The notes under the pieces were generated by a model that had not been told where the DNA came from, made no database searches, and worked only from the letters and a program-made list of their open reading frames with translations. A DNA stretch of 64,000 nt from Octopus sinensis (lineage: Eukaryota), in the NCBI RefSeq assembly GCF_006345805.1, contig NC_042999.1:37944001-38008000 (forward strand), in the 5' to 3' direction. A program made the translations under genes and the position numbers. Below, piece after piece: positions 52,171 to 64,000 of this stretch; position 1 is the stretch's first letter, and the number at the start of each line of letters is the position of its first letter.

Positions 52171-53984
52171 GCAATTCATTATATGTGTGCAGTTCATTAA
52201 CGATTTATTTATTTATTTCAATCGAGATGAATTGGTTATATATCATTTATTTATTTATCTTGTAATTTACTTTACATCGCGATTTGAAGACAAAAACGTC
52301 ATGTTGGTTAGAAGTTTTCAACAAACCTTTCACCGATTCATTAGTTTATCTCTGTCCGTGTTTATCTTGCAATTATACACACATTTCCACGCACACAAAG
52401 TAGTCGCACGCGCGCGTCTGTGCAAAAAATGTTGATCTTACATGTTACAGAATGAGATTCTTTCCGTGGGAAATTTTTAAAATTAGAAACAACAAAAAAC
52501 AAGCAAGAGGTCTACTTTTATGCACGAAAATGATTTCTAAACATACACAGTACATTATGTATACATAAAAACATTTGAAACGAAATACGTTATGGAATAA
52601 ATAAGAAACGTAATGAGGTACTTTCTTACTACCTATTGTATGAACAATGGTGGAAAAATGAAAGTTATTGGGAGAATGATAAACACAATCATCTGTCTAA
52701 TTAGTCATCATTATTAACATTCGTTTCACGTTAAAGAACATGTCCAAAATTGTTTGATGTTTACGGCGCCTCCTTCGTGAGTGTTATAGGTAACAAACAT
52801 TCATTACACCTTGATGCATATTTGGGTTGTCGTGGTCTAACTTGGCAACCGTGCCAAGCTTCCTTTCTAATGACGAGTATTTTGGGGAACTAGTAGGGTA
52901 AGAAACGATAACTGCCACAAGGCAGATGATAATAGGGGCATCAATGGTTATCAAACAATGTATATGCCTGTTCTTTAAACTTGCATATCTTCGTCTAGAG
53001 AGCATTATCTCATTTTATTCAAAAGATGTCTGAAAGGAATAAGCGACCTTCATTTTTATCGCTGGGAATGACTATTTAATGTGGCACCATAACGCCATGT
53101 AAGAGCGGAAATCTTCCATGGCGACCTGATACATCTGATATGGTGTTCGTGTTTTATGTCCTTCATGCTTAAAATTAGGTGATATTGCAAAGTCTGGGAA
53201 GCGCTTTAGACACTTTGAATGTCTCCTGTATTTTCATACATACTCAATAATCTTGATTTTATCTCGCCTTTTGCGGTTCTCAGAGGTTTCATTCAAACAT
53301 CTAAACAGTTATGTGAAGTCAGCTGCATCTTCACCTTGTTTTTGGTGCTTGTGGGATTGTTTATGCAAATTGCGTTCTTAAATACCTTTCTGAGTTTACT
53401 GGTTGTTACTATAACATAGTTACGAGAAGTTCGCTAGTGATATGTATCCGTAAGGGCTCTGAACCAGTTACTTTCTGTGTTGGAATCTAGGGTATTCCAG
53501 CTAGAAGCATATATTTCACTCTTAATATATTCAAGAAGAGTATTTTATTGTGAAGAATTTGTGTGACTTAAAAGGAATTCGACATTTAATAATAAAAGAA
53601 ATAGTAAACACGATATATAGTCCACGAACTGCTAGAACTTTAGACATTGAAGCTAAAGTTGATCAATGCTAGTTGTGTCAACGAAAGGGCTCGATATTGA
53701 AAAATACCAAAACATCTACAAAACCAGGAGCGTAATTCGTGATGCATCATATAAGATCCATGTGATACATGCATACATATAAATACATACACACATACAA
53801 ACACAAACACGCACACACACACACGCGCGCGTACACACATATGTATATATGTATGTAGGTGTGTATGGAAGTCTGTACGTGTGTCACTATGTCAGTATAT
53901 GTATTCGTGTTCACGCATATGTACACAAATACACACACAGAAACACACACACACAAACGCACACACACTCACACACACACACAC

Positions 53985-54034
<50 letters not shown>

Positions 54035-54929
54035 TATACACACATGCATACATTATGGAGTAACGATCTCATCTCTTCGAATATTATTTACGGTCTTCTA
54101 TAATACGGGTATAGCATTACCATCTAGAAATAAATTCATACTCAATCACTTGTTCAGATATTCGTTCACACGTACCTCTGCACACGCACTTGTAATTTCG
54201 CATTGCATTTTATGTGTTTGTATACATACAAAGATATATATGTGTGTGTGTGTGTGAATATTTCTATGCGTGTACATGTCTGCATACGTCTACGTGCACG
54301 CCTCTCTATCTATAGGTTTATGTCAGAGCGCTTCTGTGGAAGAGTGCGTTTGCATGTTAAAGATATTTCTAGAGTTTTACATCGATCGTTAATAGGAAAT
54401 ATATAGCTTCTAGTTTGGAACATTCCGTTTCAAGTCTAATGGAATCTTTCTTCCCGCTAATCTAAAATCAAATTTTACGACACCCTGGGCGAATTCTGAA
54501 ATTCCCGTAAGACACGAATCATAACCATTTTTGCATTTCCATATGAATATAAATATTAACGTATATAGAAATGTAAATGTGTGTGTGTGTTTATCTTTGT
54601 GAATATACATGAAAACACACACACACACACATATGTAAGTGAACATATGTAAACGTACACACACACAAATACACACACATCTATATATATATATACAGAC
54701 ACACAGACATATAATTGTGTAGTTGTGTAACATTGCGGGTAGTTATATTCTCTATAATCATGAGTACAAATTCTATCTATGATTTCGTGTTTGTGAGCAG
54801 TGAGATCAATCTAATCCAACAGCAACAACAGCATGAATAACAAATGTTCGTATATATTTCTGAACCTTCCCACCGCACCCCCTACAATAATCGAAGAATG
54901 TTTCTTACAATAATTAATTTTTACCTAGA

Positions 54930-55330
54930 ATCTGTTTACAGTTACGTAACTTTCGCTTTTGCTATTTCAGTCCATCTCAGAGAATTATGTCTTTTCCTAA
55001 GTTATCTATGATTTCTTACATATACTTTTGCTTGTCAGCCCAAAATATAGCCAAACCACTCTTTCTGATTCACCTTCAGTTTCTTGCAATACTCATAAAC
55101 ACTCTCTACCTCCCCACTCACTATCTCTTTTACAAACAGTCACACACGTTGATATATATACAATTCTTGCTTATCGGTACAGTCCTCACCGGTCTCATAT
55201 TTATTCGTCTCTTAGCTGAACCTACCTTCTCCATATTTGATCTGTTACTCTGCTCAATACTTTTGCGACGACAGGACCGTTTTCTTTATGAAAGTGAGAG
55301 ACCTAACTGTAAAATGAACAACCACAATGG
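54930..55330 (-). pseudogene. RTE LINE 3' end fragment
   Basis: Minus-strand WFGYILG and RWTEI (cf. RW.GH..R, RW.D.I). Confidence 0.4.
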
Positions 55331-56139
55331 AATGAGATTTATAAGGTTAACCTCTTCATTCTCATTACATAAATAGTAGAATATGTCACGCAGAGCTGAC
55401 TCTTGATGCTTCTAATAAACACCGTAAGCATCACGTTTTATAAACTGCAAATGCGAGAATAAGCGCTGTGTAAAATATTCCGCCCCATCCTAGATCGCAT
55501 TTCTTAGTTTTTCAAACCCTGTCGAGGGCTACTTCATCTTTTACATGTTCAGTCTAACTGTGTAATGGTGTTTATCAAATCATCGAAGGCTATGAATATT
55601 AGATCTGTGCTGTCAGTAAATATAATATTTATGAATAGGGTTTTAGTGTGTAACAGACTTTGATCTAACATTTTGCTTTTTGTTATGAAAATTATAAAGA
55701 TATTTTGAAAATGTTTAGGGTTAGCAAGCAAACTTGTCTGGCTATTTTCTTACTTGAAACCAATCCATCGGTTGACCTACTCTGCAGTGTCCCACATTGC
55801 CAATATATTTCGCAATATAGTGGTTCATATACCTGTTAATGTTATCATTTTTCATACGAACTTTATCTAAGTATATAAAAATACTGACCTTTACTAGAAG
55901 CAGTTTTGAAGTCGACGAATTTGAAATTTAAGCGCAATCTTATTTTCTTTTCCTTCTTCAATTATCTGTTTGACAATGACAAGAGAATCAACTACTTCTC
56001 TTCAAGGGTTGAAACAAACAGAATCTCTTCCAACATTTCTGCTGTTTCACTTTTCCTTCCGACAGCGAAGATTAATTAAACAATTTTCTTTTATAAGAGA
56101 AGAGAGAAATCAATCTGCACTTCCCCAGTTTTGCTTTTT

Positions 56140-56558
56140 ACTTACTTTTTACTCTTTACTCTTTTACTTGTTTCAGTCATTTGACTGCGGCCATGCTGGA
56201 GCACCGCCTTTAATAGAGCAACTCGACCCCGGGACTTATTCTTTTGTAAGACCAGCACTTATTCTATCGGTCTCTTATGCCGAACCGCTAAGTAACGGGA
56301 CATAAACACACCAACATCGGTTGTCAAGCAATGCTAGGGGGACAAACACAGACACACAAATACACACACGCATATATATATATATACATATATACGACGG
56401 GCTTCTTTCAGTTTCCGTCTACCAAATCCACTCACAAGGCTTTGGTCGGCCCGAGGCTATAGCAGAAGACACTTGCCCAAGATGCCACGCAGTGGGACTG
56501 AACCCGGAACCATGTGGTTGGTAAGCAAGCTACTTACCACACAGCCACTCCAGCGCCT
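56140..56558 (-). mobile_element. SINE family A, full length
   Basis: Close match to the 26358 copy. Confidence 0.94.
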
Positions 56559-57124
56559 ATAAAAATACCTTTAAAAATATTTTTTTTCTACTTCTTTTAG
56601 TATTTCAACACTGATTTACTTATGGGATATTTGAGAGTCTCATAAACATTTTCTGGAATTTTTTGTTTTTGTACCTAAGTTACAATTACATTTAGGTAAG
56701 TTACAGTTCACGAAATTATAAACTTGCCATCGGAACTCTCTAGAAGAAAGGGCATATTTTTATTTTGGAATCTTTCACAATGTGTAACCGCTTAAAAGAT
56801 TCTGGTATTTATTATATTGTAGTCTTTCCGCCAAACCTCTAGCTTAAAGGTAGTAAATAACCAAGAAAAAAATACAATGCAAAAACCAGACAATTGTCAA
56901 ACTATGAAAGTACAAACACAAGAAAACGTGTTATGGAGATACACACACGCACTCGCATGCATGCATACATACATACATACATACATACATACATACATAC
57001 ATACATACATACATACATACATACATAGCATGCACAAGCTGTAAACATGTACATATAAGCAGTGTACAGAGGAGCAGCGTGTAGAGACACAAAAGGAGAA
57101 GCAGTAAATATAATAGAAGCTCCT

Positions 57125-57632
57125 TCACGAGAAGACATGCACTCCTTCTGGAAGAAAATCTGGAGCGAAGAGGTAGAATTAAACCGAGATGCCTGGTGAC
57201 TAGAAGAAATTCAAAGTAACTATTTCCCTTGCATTACACTTAAGATATACAACATTCATGGTGATAACTCTGTGACTATATTCCAGAAGCTGCAGGATGG
57301 AAAACACTTGGAAGAGACTTGCTTATTCGGTACTGGTAGAAGAAGCTAACCGTCTACCGAAATTATCTTTTCAACATGTATCAGCAATCTCAGCAATCTG
57401 GTTAGCTCTGGCAGAGGCAAAACTGATTTCCCAAAGCAGGATCATCCACATGGCAATCACTACCAGCCAGTTGCATGCCAGAAGTTAATGTATAAAATAT
57501 GTAGAGCATACGTAAATCATTTCCTCGATATAATTGTGAAAGTAATAACATCACCTCAGTAGAACAAGCAGCTGGGGACAATGGAATCTGGGGATGTGCC
57601 AAGCAATTATTGATAAACAAAACTGTGATGCC
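57125..57632 (+). pseudogene. R4/Dong-clade LINE RT fragment
   Basis: FWKKIWSEE..LN.DAW, WKTLG.D...YW*KKL, NHYQPVACQKLMYK and EQ.....GCAKQLLINKTV. Confidence 0.8.
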
Positions 57633-57728
57633 AGGGGTGAAATTTGTGAGTAAGAGTTTGATGGTTTCCGTCGTGTTACGTGGGTCGTTTCGCTTTCTCG
57701 GAGGCCTTCTGACTAATTCCCGTCTATT

Positions 57729-58150
57729 AGGAAGCGAAACGACCCACGTTACACGACGAAAACAGTGCAGTCTGGGGGTAAGTGTCTGATGTTTTGGGGA
57801 TGCATAAAAAGTGATGGTTCAAGAAAGTTGATCAAAATTGACTGTAAATTGTGGACAGAACTAAAGAGGAGTTCGTCAAAAGAATCCATACAATCTTGAA
57901 GAGTTGTGGGAGCTTAGCCACAGAGAATGTTATCTCATACCTGTAAAGATCGTGAAGGATTTATACGCATCTCTTCCCAGGCTCATTGAAGCAATTATTT
58001 AAGCTTAGGGAAGCCACACAAAATATTAACAACGTACAATGACTTCTTGAAATGAACATTGTATAATAAATTTTCATTATAGACACTTTACTGTTTTAAA
58101 ACACTACCTTGATTGGTTTGTGTGAGGTGGTCGAAAACTTTTTCTGAGCC
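57729..58150 (+). pseudogene. Tc1-family transposase remnant, internally deleted
   Basis: PRYTTKTVQSGGKCLMFWGCI.SDG, then LWTELKR...P..LEELW...IP...DLYASLPR.IEAII; TIR-like aaaactttttctgagccatttgta near 58130-58150. Confidence 0.85.
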
Positions 58151-58407
58151 ATTTGTAGAAGTCGTCTCGCCTCTACCCCTCTCATTCAGAAAGCCTACTA
58201 GAAAATATAACGATTAGGTGCGGAAATGATTCCAACAGGGCCAATATTTCAACTGTACAAAACGCAATACGAAACATCGACTTATTAGTTGGCAATCAGT
58301 AGAAATTTACAATAGTTTAAATTTGCTGAAGACTTTTGCACGGTACGGTACGTGATATTTATATTTGTTGCTTACATAGATATAGTTATTATTCCAATAT
58401 ATTCCTT

Positions 58408-58440
<33 letters not shown>

Positions 58441-58442
<2 letters not shown>

Positions 58443-58670
58443 CTTTACTAACCACAAGGGGCTAAACACAGAGGAGACAAACAAGGACAGACAAACGGAC
58501 TAAGTCGATTGCATCGACCCCAGTGCGTAACTGGTACTTTATTTAATCGACCCCGAAAGGATGAAAGGCAAAGTCGACCTCGGCGGAATTTGAACTCAGA
58601 ACGTAACGGCAGACGAAATACGGCTACGCATTTCGTCCGGCGTGCTAACGTTTCTGCCAGCTCGCCGCCT
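58441..58670 (-). mobile_element. SINE family B, full length
   Basis: Reverse complement of ggcggcgagctggcagaaacgttagcacgccgg...tagtaaaga. Confidence 0.94.
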
Positions 58671-59073
58671 TGTATTTATGTATGTATGTATGTATGTCTG
58701 TATATATGAATGTATGTACATATGTATATGTGTATGTAAGTATATATATATATATAATATATACACATATACATATGTACATACATACATACATACATAC
58801 ATACATACAAACATACATACATTCATACATACATATATATATATATATACGTATATACATATATTTATATATGAAGTAGACAACGAATTATATGGTGATT
58901 GGAACAAATTATGTTTTAAATCTTCCTGAATACGATGTAAGTTGTACGTATGTCTTAAAGACAGCGTTTTAAGAGAGATAAAGGAGCACGGATGAATAAT
59001 GAGAAGAAAGTGACTGAAGCAGGTCATTGTTGTGGGTGGTGTGCGGCCGATCATCCCTTATTATTGTTTCGAA

Positions 59074-59146
<73 letters not shown>

Positions 59147-59154
59147 ATATATAT

Positions 59155-59197
<43 letters not shown>

Positions 59198-59207
59198 TAT
59201 ATATATA

Positions 59208-60208
59208 TTAGGTCACCCCATAAATAATGCAGTTATGTTATAGTTCTTTTATTTTTCAAATTTGAGATAAAGAAGCTCCTTTTTTGATCAAAATATAATC
59301 TCCTTCATTATTTACAATGCTCCTCCTGCTATCTGCTAGACTTGCGAGGCCCCTCTTCAAAGTTCACTTGTCCGTGATAAAAAAATACTCCTCCGGTACT
59401 GTTCTGATCTCATCTGCAGAATTCATATGTTTTGCGTCCAAATGATTTTGAAGACTGCAGAATAAATGATAATCAGATGGAGCAATGTCCGGCAAACATG
59501 GTGGGAACGGTACCGTTTCCCATTCAGACTGCTCCAGCCTTTGGAATGTTATCCGCGCTGTATGTGGCAAGTATTATCTTGATGCAAGAACACTTGTGTG
59601 GGGGAAAATCCTTCTTTAGCCTGGAGTTACGGTGTTTCTCCTTTCCTTATCCATTGTCTTCGACGCTTGAAATTTTGAGAGAAAATCATTTATCGTCCCC
59701 AGTCATTATTCGGTCCCAAAACAGCTTCATTCCAGGAAGAGCACATGTTCACTCTCTGCGCGTGATTAGACTCGGAAAATTTGTGAGTAACACATTGACC
59801 CAATTTCCTGACTTTCCAGATGGTACGCAGGTGTCGATGAATGATTGAATGGGCAAATCAAAGCTTCTATGTTAGTTCCTCAACAGTCCCGATCGATCGG
59901 ATTTTGCTCCATCAGGATTTGCAGGACGTCCTCGTCGAGCTCTACAGTTCTTCACGGACGAGGCACGCTTTTTAGGCTGTAGTTTCCGGCTCGAAATTTC
60001 TGGAACCACCGTTGACATTGGCTTACACTTATTGTCCGATCCCCATACAAAATCAAACTGCACTCTTAAAATCTCGGACTAAAAGTAAGGACAAGGTAAC
60101 ATTACTACATGCTTTTAAGGCAAGTTGATGCAAGTAGATTATCACGCCCTGCTGCGACTTTATGTTCGTGCAATTGAAAAAAGCCGCATTATTTATGGGA
60201 TAACCCAT
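59208..60208 (-). mobile_element. Mariner element with TIRs and disrupted transposase
   Basis: Imperfect TIRs ttaggtcaccccataaataatgc / gcattatttatgggataacccat within (TA)n; minus strand GDRTISVSQCQRWFQKFRAGN, IMTGDDK and PPCLPDIAPSDYHLFCSLQNHL. Confidence 0.92.
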
Positions 60209-60277
60209 ATATATATATACACACTATTGTATACAGTTATACATACACCTTATATATTATATGTGTATATATATATG

Positions 60278-60321
<44 letters not shown>

Positions 60322-61365
60322 ATATATAAGGTGTATGTATAAATGTATACGATAGTGTGTGTGTGTATGCATTCGTAGATATAGAGGTATGTTATAAAAT
60401 GAACTAATAGAATATTATATATAAATATATATTTATTTATATATATGTATACACACACTTACATATACGTACATACAAACGTACGTATCACATATAAATA
60501 ATTTGATGGTATGTTGTGTGTAGTATAGAGATGTTTTGAGAAAATGATAAATGAGATAATAGTCATGAATTATACGTGAAAAATTGGAGTCGGCCTTGTG
60601 AGCTGAAGAGAAATATCGAAAAATGTATGGTATACGTCAAAGAAGGGGTGGGTATGATGAATGAATGAATCATAATGAAAAGCTGGTTTCCACGAGGTGG
60701 TCATGCTGTCGGTGGTGATTGGAACAAATTACGTTTTACATTTTCCTGTATACGATGTGCGCAGTACGTACGTCTTAAAGACAGTGTTTAAAGAGAGATA
60801 AAGGAGCATGGATGAAGAATGAGAAGAAAGTGACTGAGGAGGGCGGGTCATTTGTTGTGGGTGGTGTGCGGCCGATCATCCTTTATTATTGTTTCGAGCA
60901 ATTTTGTTTTGGTTTTGGTGAATAGATTTTATAGGAAGAAACAGAAATAAAAAGAGGGAAGAATGAAGGAAAAATAATTGGGATAACAGTTAGAGTGAAA
61001 TAAAGATGTGGGGGAAGGAATGGAAGGAAGAAAAATGAATGATAGGAAGAGACAGTGGTAGAGACAGGTAGAAAAGATCGAGAGAGAGAGAGAGAGAGAG
61101 AGAGGTGGGTACAGAGAGAAAAATAGAAGCATAGAGGGAGAGAGAAAGAGAGACAAAGGCGGAACGGAGAATGAGAAGCAGTTGGATGTAATGGAAGAGC
61201 TTAAGTGTGTATGTGTGAAAAATGCACTGGGGGGATAACTCACAGGGATGCAAAGGAGGAAACAGTTAACTGAGAAGAGATTTCTAAACACATACACAGC
61301 GCGAGAACACGTATCCGTACATACACACAGATGTATATAAACATACAAGATACATATATAACAAA

Positions 61366-61414
<49 letters not shown>

Positions 61415-61743
61415 TGTGCGTGTGTGTATGTGTGTGTTTGTGTGTGTGTGTGTGTGAGTATGAAGTAGACACATAACGAATTATATACTTTTATTTATTT
61501 ATCTTAGGCTCACAGGTGTTTCAGATATACGTCTTAGGTGTGTACATGTTTCAGTCTTATCAATCTATCGGTTGATCGATGGAGAATATAGAGATTTGCT
61601 ATATACATACATACATGCATACATTCATACATACATACATACATACATACATACATACATACATACATACGTACATACATACGTACATGCGTACATACAT
61701 ACATTCATACATACATACATAAATACATATATACATACATACA

Positions 61744-62350
61744 GACGCAGGCTTGGCCGTGTGGTAAGAGGCTTGCTTCTCACCACACAAGAAGGCGGCG
61801 TGCTGGCAGAATCATTAGCACGCCGTGCGAAATGATTAGCGTTATTTCGTCTGCCGTTACGTTCTGTGTTCAAATTCTGCCGAGGTCGACTTTGCCTTTC
61901 ATCTTAATCCCTTTGTTTGTCCTAGTTTGTCTCCTCTATGTTTAGCCCTCTGTGGGCAATAAAGAAATAAGAAGCTTGCTTCCCAACTACATGGTTCCGG
62001 GTTCAGTCCCACTGCGTTGCACCTTGGGCACGTGTCTTGTACTCTAGCCGCCTCGGGCCGATCAAAGCTTTGTGAGTGGATTTGGTAAGCAAAAGCTGAA
62101 AGAAGCCCGTCGAATATTTATGCATACAGATCTATATATTTTTGTGTGTGTCTATGTTTGTCCCCTCGCAATTGCATGACAACCAGTGCTGTTCCATAAA
62201 CCTAGCGTTTCGGTAAGAGAAACCGATAGAATAAGTACTAAGCTTTCAAAGAATAAGACCTGGGGTCGATTTCATTGACTAACATCCTTTCAGGCGGTGA
62301 TCCATCATGGTTGCAGTCAGATGACCGAAACAAGTAAAAGAATAAAAGAG
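61744..62350 (+). mobile_element. SINE family A carrying a nested SINE family B (~61790-61968)
   Basis: TSD-like aaga(g/a)gcttgcttc at 61766-61779 and 61969-61982. Confidence 0.88.
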
Positions 62351-63273
62351 AATATACACAGACATGCAGGAAGTAAATAGACACCTACATATATTACTAA
62401 TGATCTGATAAAGCAGAGACCTTGAAAATGAAATACTACAAAGCAGTTATCAGTAGAACGTGCATTTAATATATAAAAAAAGATAATGATGAATTAATAA
62501 GATATATTGACTGAAAAAATGACACACAACTAAACATAAGTTCTAATAAAAGCAATTAATGGGACGCCAAATTGACGGAATTATGACGTATGTACGTGCT
62601 AAAAGCCCTTATAACTTTTTAATTTTTACGAATTTTTACAAAATGTTTTCGACTCTGTCTTCCGCATAATAGAATTGATTGTGGAAAAACAAGAAATATT
62701 TTTTTAAAATTTCCCCCATCCCTCACACCCACACACAATATTTTTTCGGACAGTCCGAATCTACCATTCGTTTCTCTTTATAATTTCCAAATAATTTTTT
62801 AAGACATCTATGGAAAAAAGTCAATTGACGTTATTCACACTTTTTCACATAATCCTTGACTTTATATGTGAAATGCCAGAGATATACTGCATGTCCATCA
62901 ACAATATTAACAGACAGACAGCCGTACAGTATAGCCGAGTAGACGAAAGCCTTCTTTTTAAGAGGAAAAACTGAAGTTGGTAGAGTAGTGAAGAAGTTTT
63001 GAGTACTTGTTATTGTCGTACCCGACAGTTTGCCAGTTTAAACAATACGTATACACCCACGTAAGTATACATATTTATGTATATACAACAAAGCCTAATG
63101 GTATGAATTTTCTAAAACTCCTTTGCGGACAGACAGTTTTCACAATGAATTCCAATTTAATCGGAATCTACACAATCGGAAGCATATTTGTAGAAAATTT
63201 CATTAAGAAACATTCAATTTTCTCAAAGTTATGAAGAAACAAATCTTTGGGGTACAATTGAGTAGATGTGCCG

Positions 63274-63361
<88 letters not shown>

Positions 63362-63365
63362 TATA

Positions 63366-63661
63366 TAACCGTGATCACGTGATCAACCAGACTATCAGAT
63401 GGTGCTACACATCGCTGGTCACAATGCGCTTCGCATTGTTTTAGCCTTCAAGTGTCGCCACCCCGCTGGCAAAGCGAGCAGGCCAACAGAAGAAAGAGTG
63501 ACAGAAAGTTGTGGCGAAAGAGTACAGTAGGGATCGCAACCACCCCCTGCTGGAGCATCGTGGAGCTTTAGGTGTTTTCGCTCAATAAACACTCACAACG
63601 CCCGGTCTGGGAATCGAAACCGCGATCCTACAACCGCGAGTCCGCTGCCATTGCGCCTCCA
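63366..63661 (-). mobile_element. SINE family C (tail type 1)
   Basis: Homologue of 17432-17742, with a small deletion in the tRNA head. Confidence 0.92.
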
Positions 63662-63688
63662 CACATACATACACACACACACACACAC

Positions 63689-63750
<62 letters not shown>

Positions 63751-63784
63751 TACATACATATATATATCATAAATATATATATAT

Positions 63785-63816
<32 letters not shown>

Positions 63817-64000
63817 CATAATATATCTAAATGTATATGTATATATATATATATATTATATATATATATAAATCTCTAAAATACTAAATCTCTAAAAATG
63901 TATGTGTGTGTGTATATTTCTATATATTTCTATATGCATTTATACATGTATATATATATATATATAAGTTTCAGAAGATTTTAGAATAATGGAATAAAAT

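Noticed and set aside
52740-53600. Possible Penelope-like N-terminal remnant on the minus strand
   Set aside because: Only a vague nucleotide resemblance; no diagnostic motif could be read.

Overview
Repeat-dense, apparently non-genic eukaryotic DNA: AT-rich, with many (TA)n/(CA)n/(TACA)n microsatellites and tRNA-derived SINEs that I recognise as typical of Octopus (organism is my inference). No intact host protein-coding gene or convincing exon was found. Nearly all listed ORFs are microsatellite, SINE or tandem-repeat read-through, or decayed transposon fragments. Transposon relics: three tRNA-SINE families, RTE, R4/Dong, CR1-like and I/Jockey-like LINEs, a Penelope-like RT, two mariners with TIRs, Tc1, Sola and hAT. 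The main result is a set of type I hammerhead ribozyme (HHR) motifs. (i) A 4.3-kb head-to-tail array (35100-39446) of nine ~475-bp units plus a 62-bp partial unit, each full unit carrying a hammerhead fold; this is a retrozyme/ribozyme-satellite architecture. (ii) An intact solo hammerhead in a ~340-bp element between (TA)n tracts (50912-50982). (iii) Two CCGANGA-variant hammerheads. (iv) A 1.4-kb near-perfect palindrome (30010-31422) whose arms contain 44-45-bp tandem repeats and end in decayed hammerhead motifs. All folds and motif matches were done by eye, and TE boundaries are approximate unless TIRs or TSDs are quoted.
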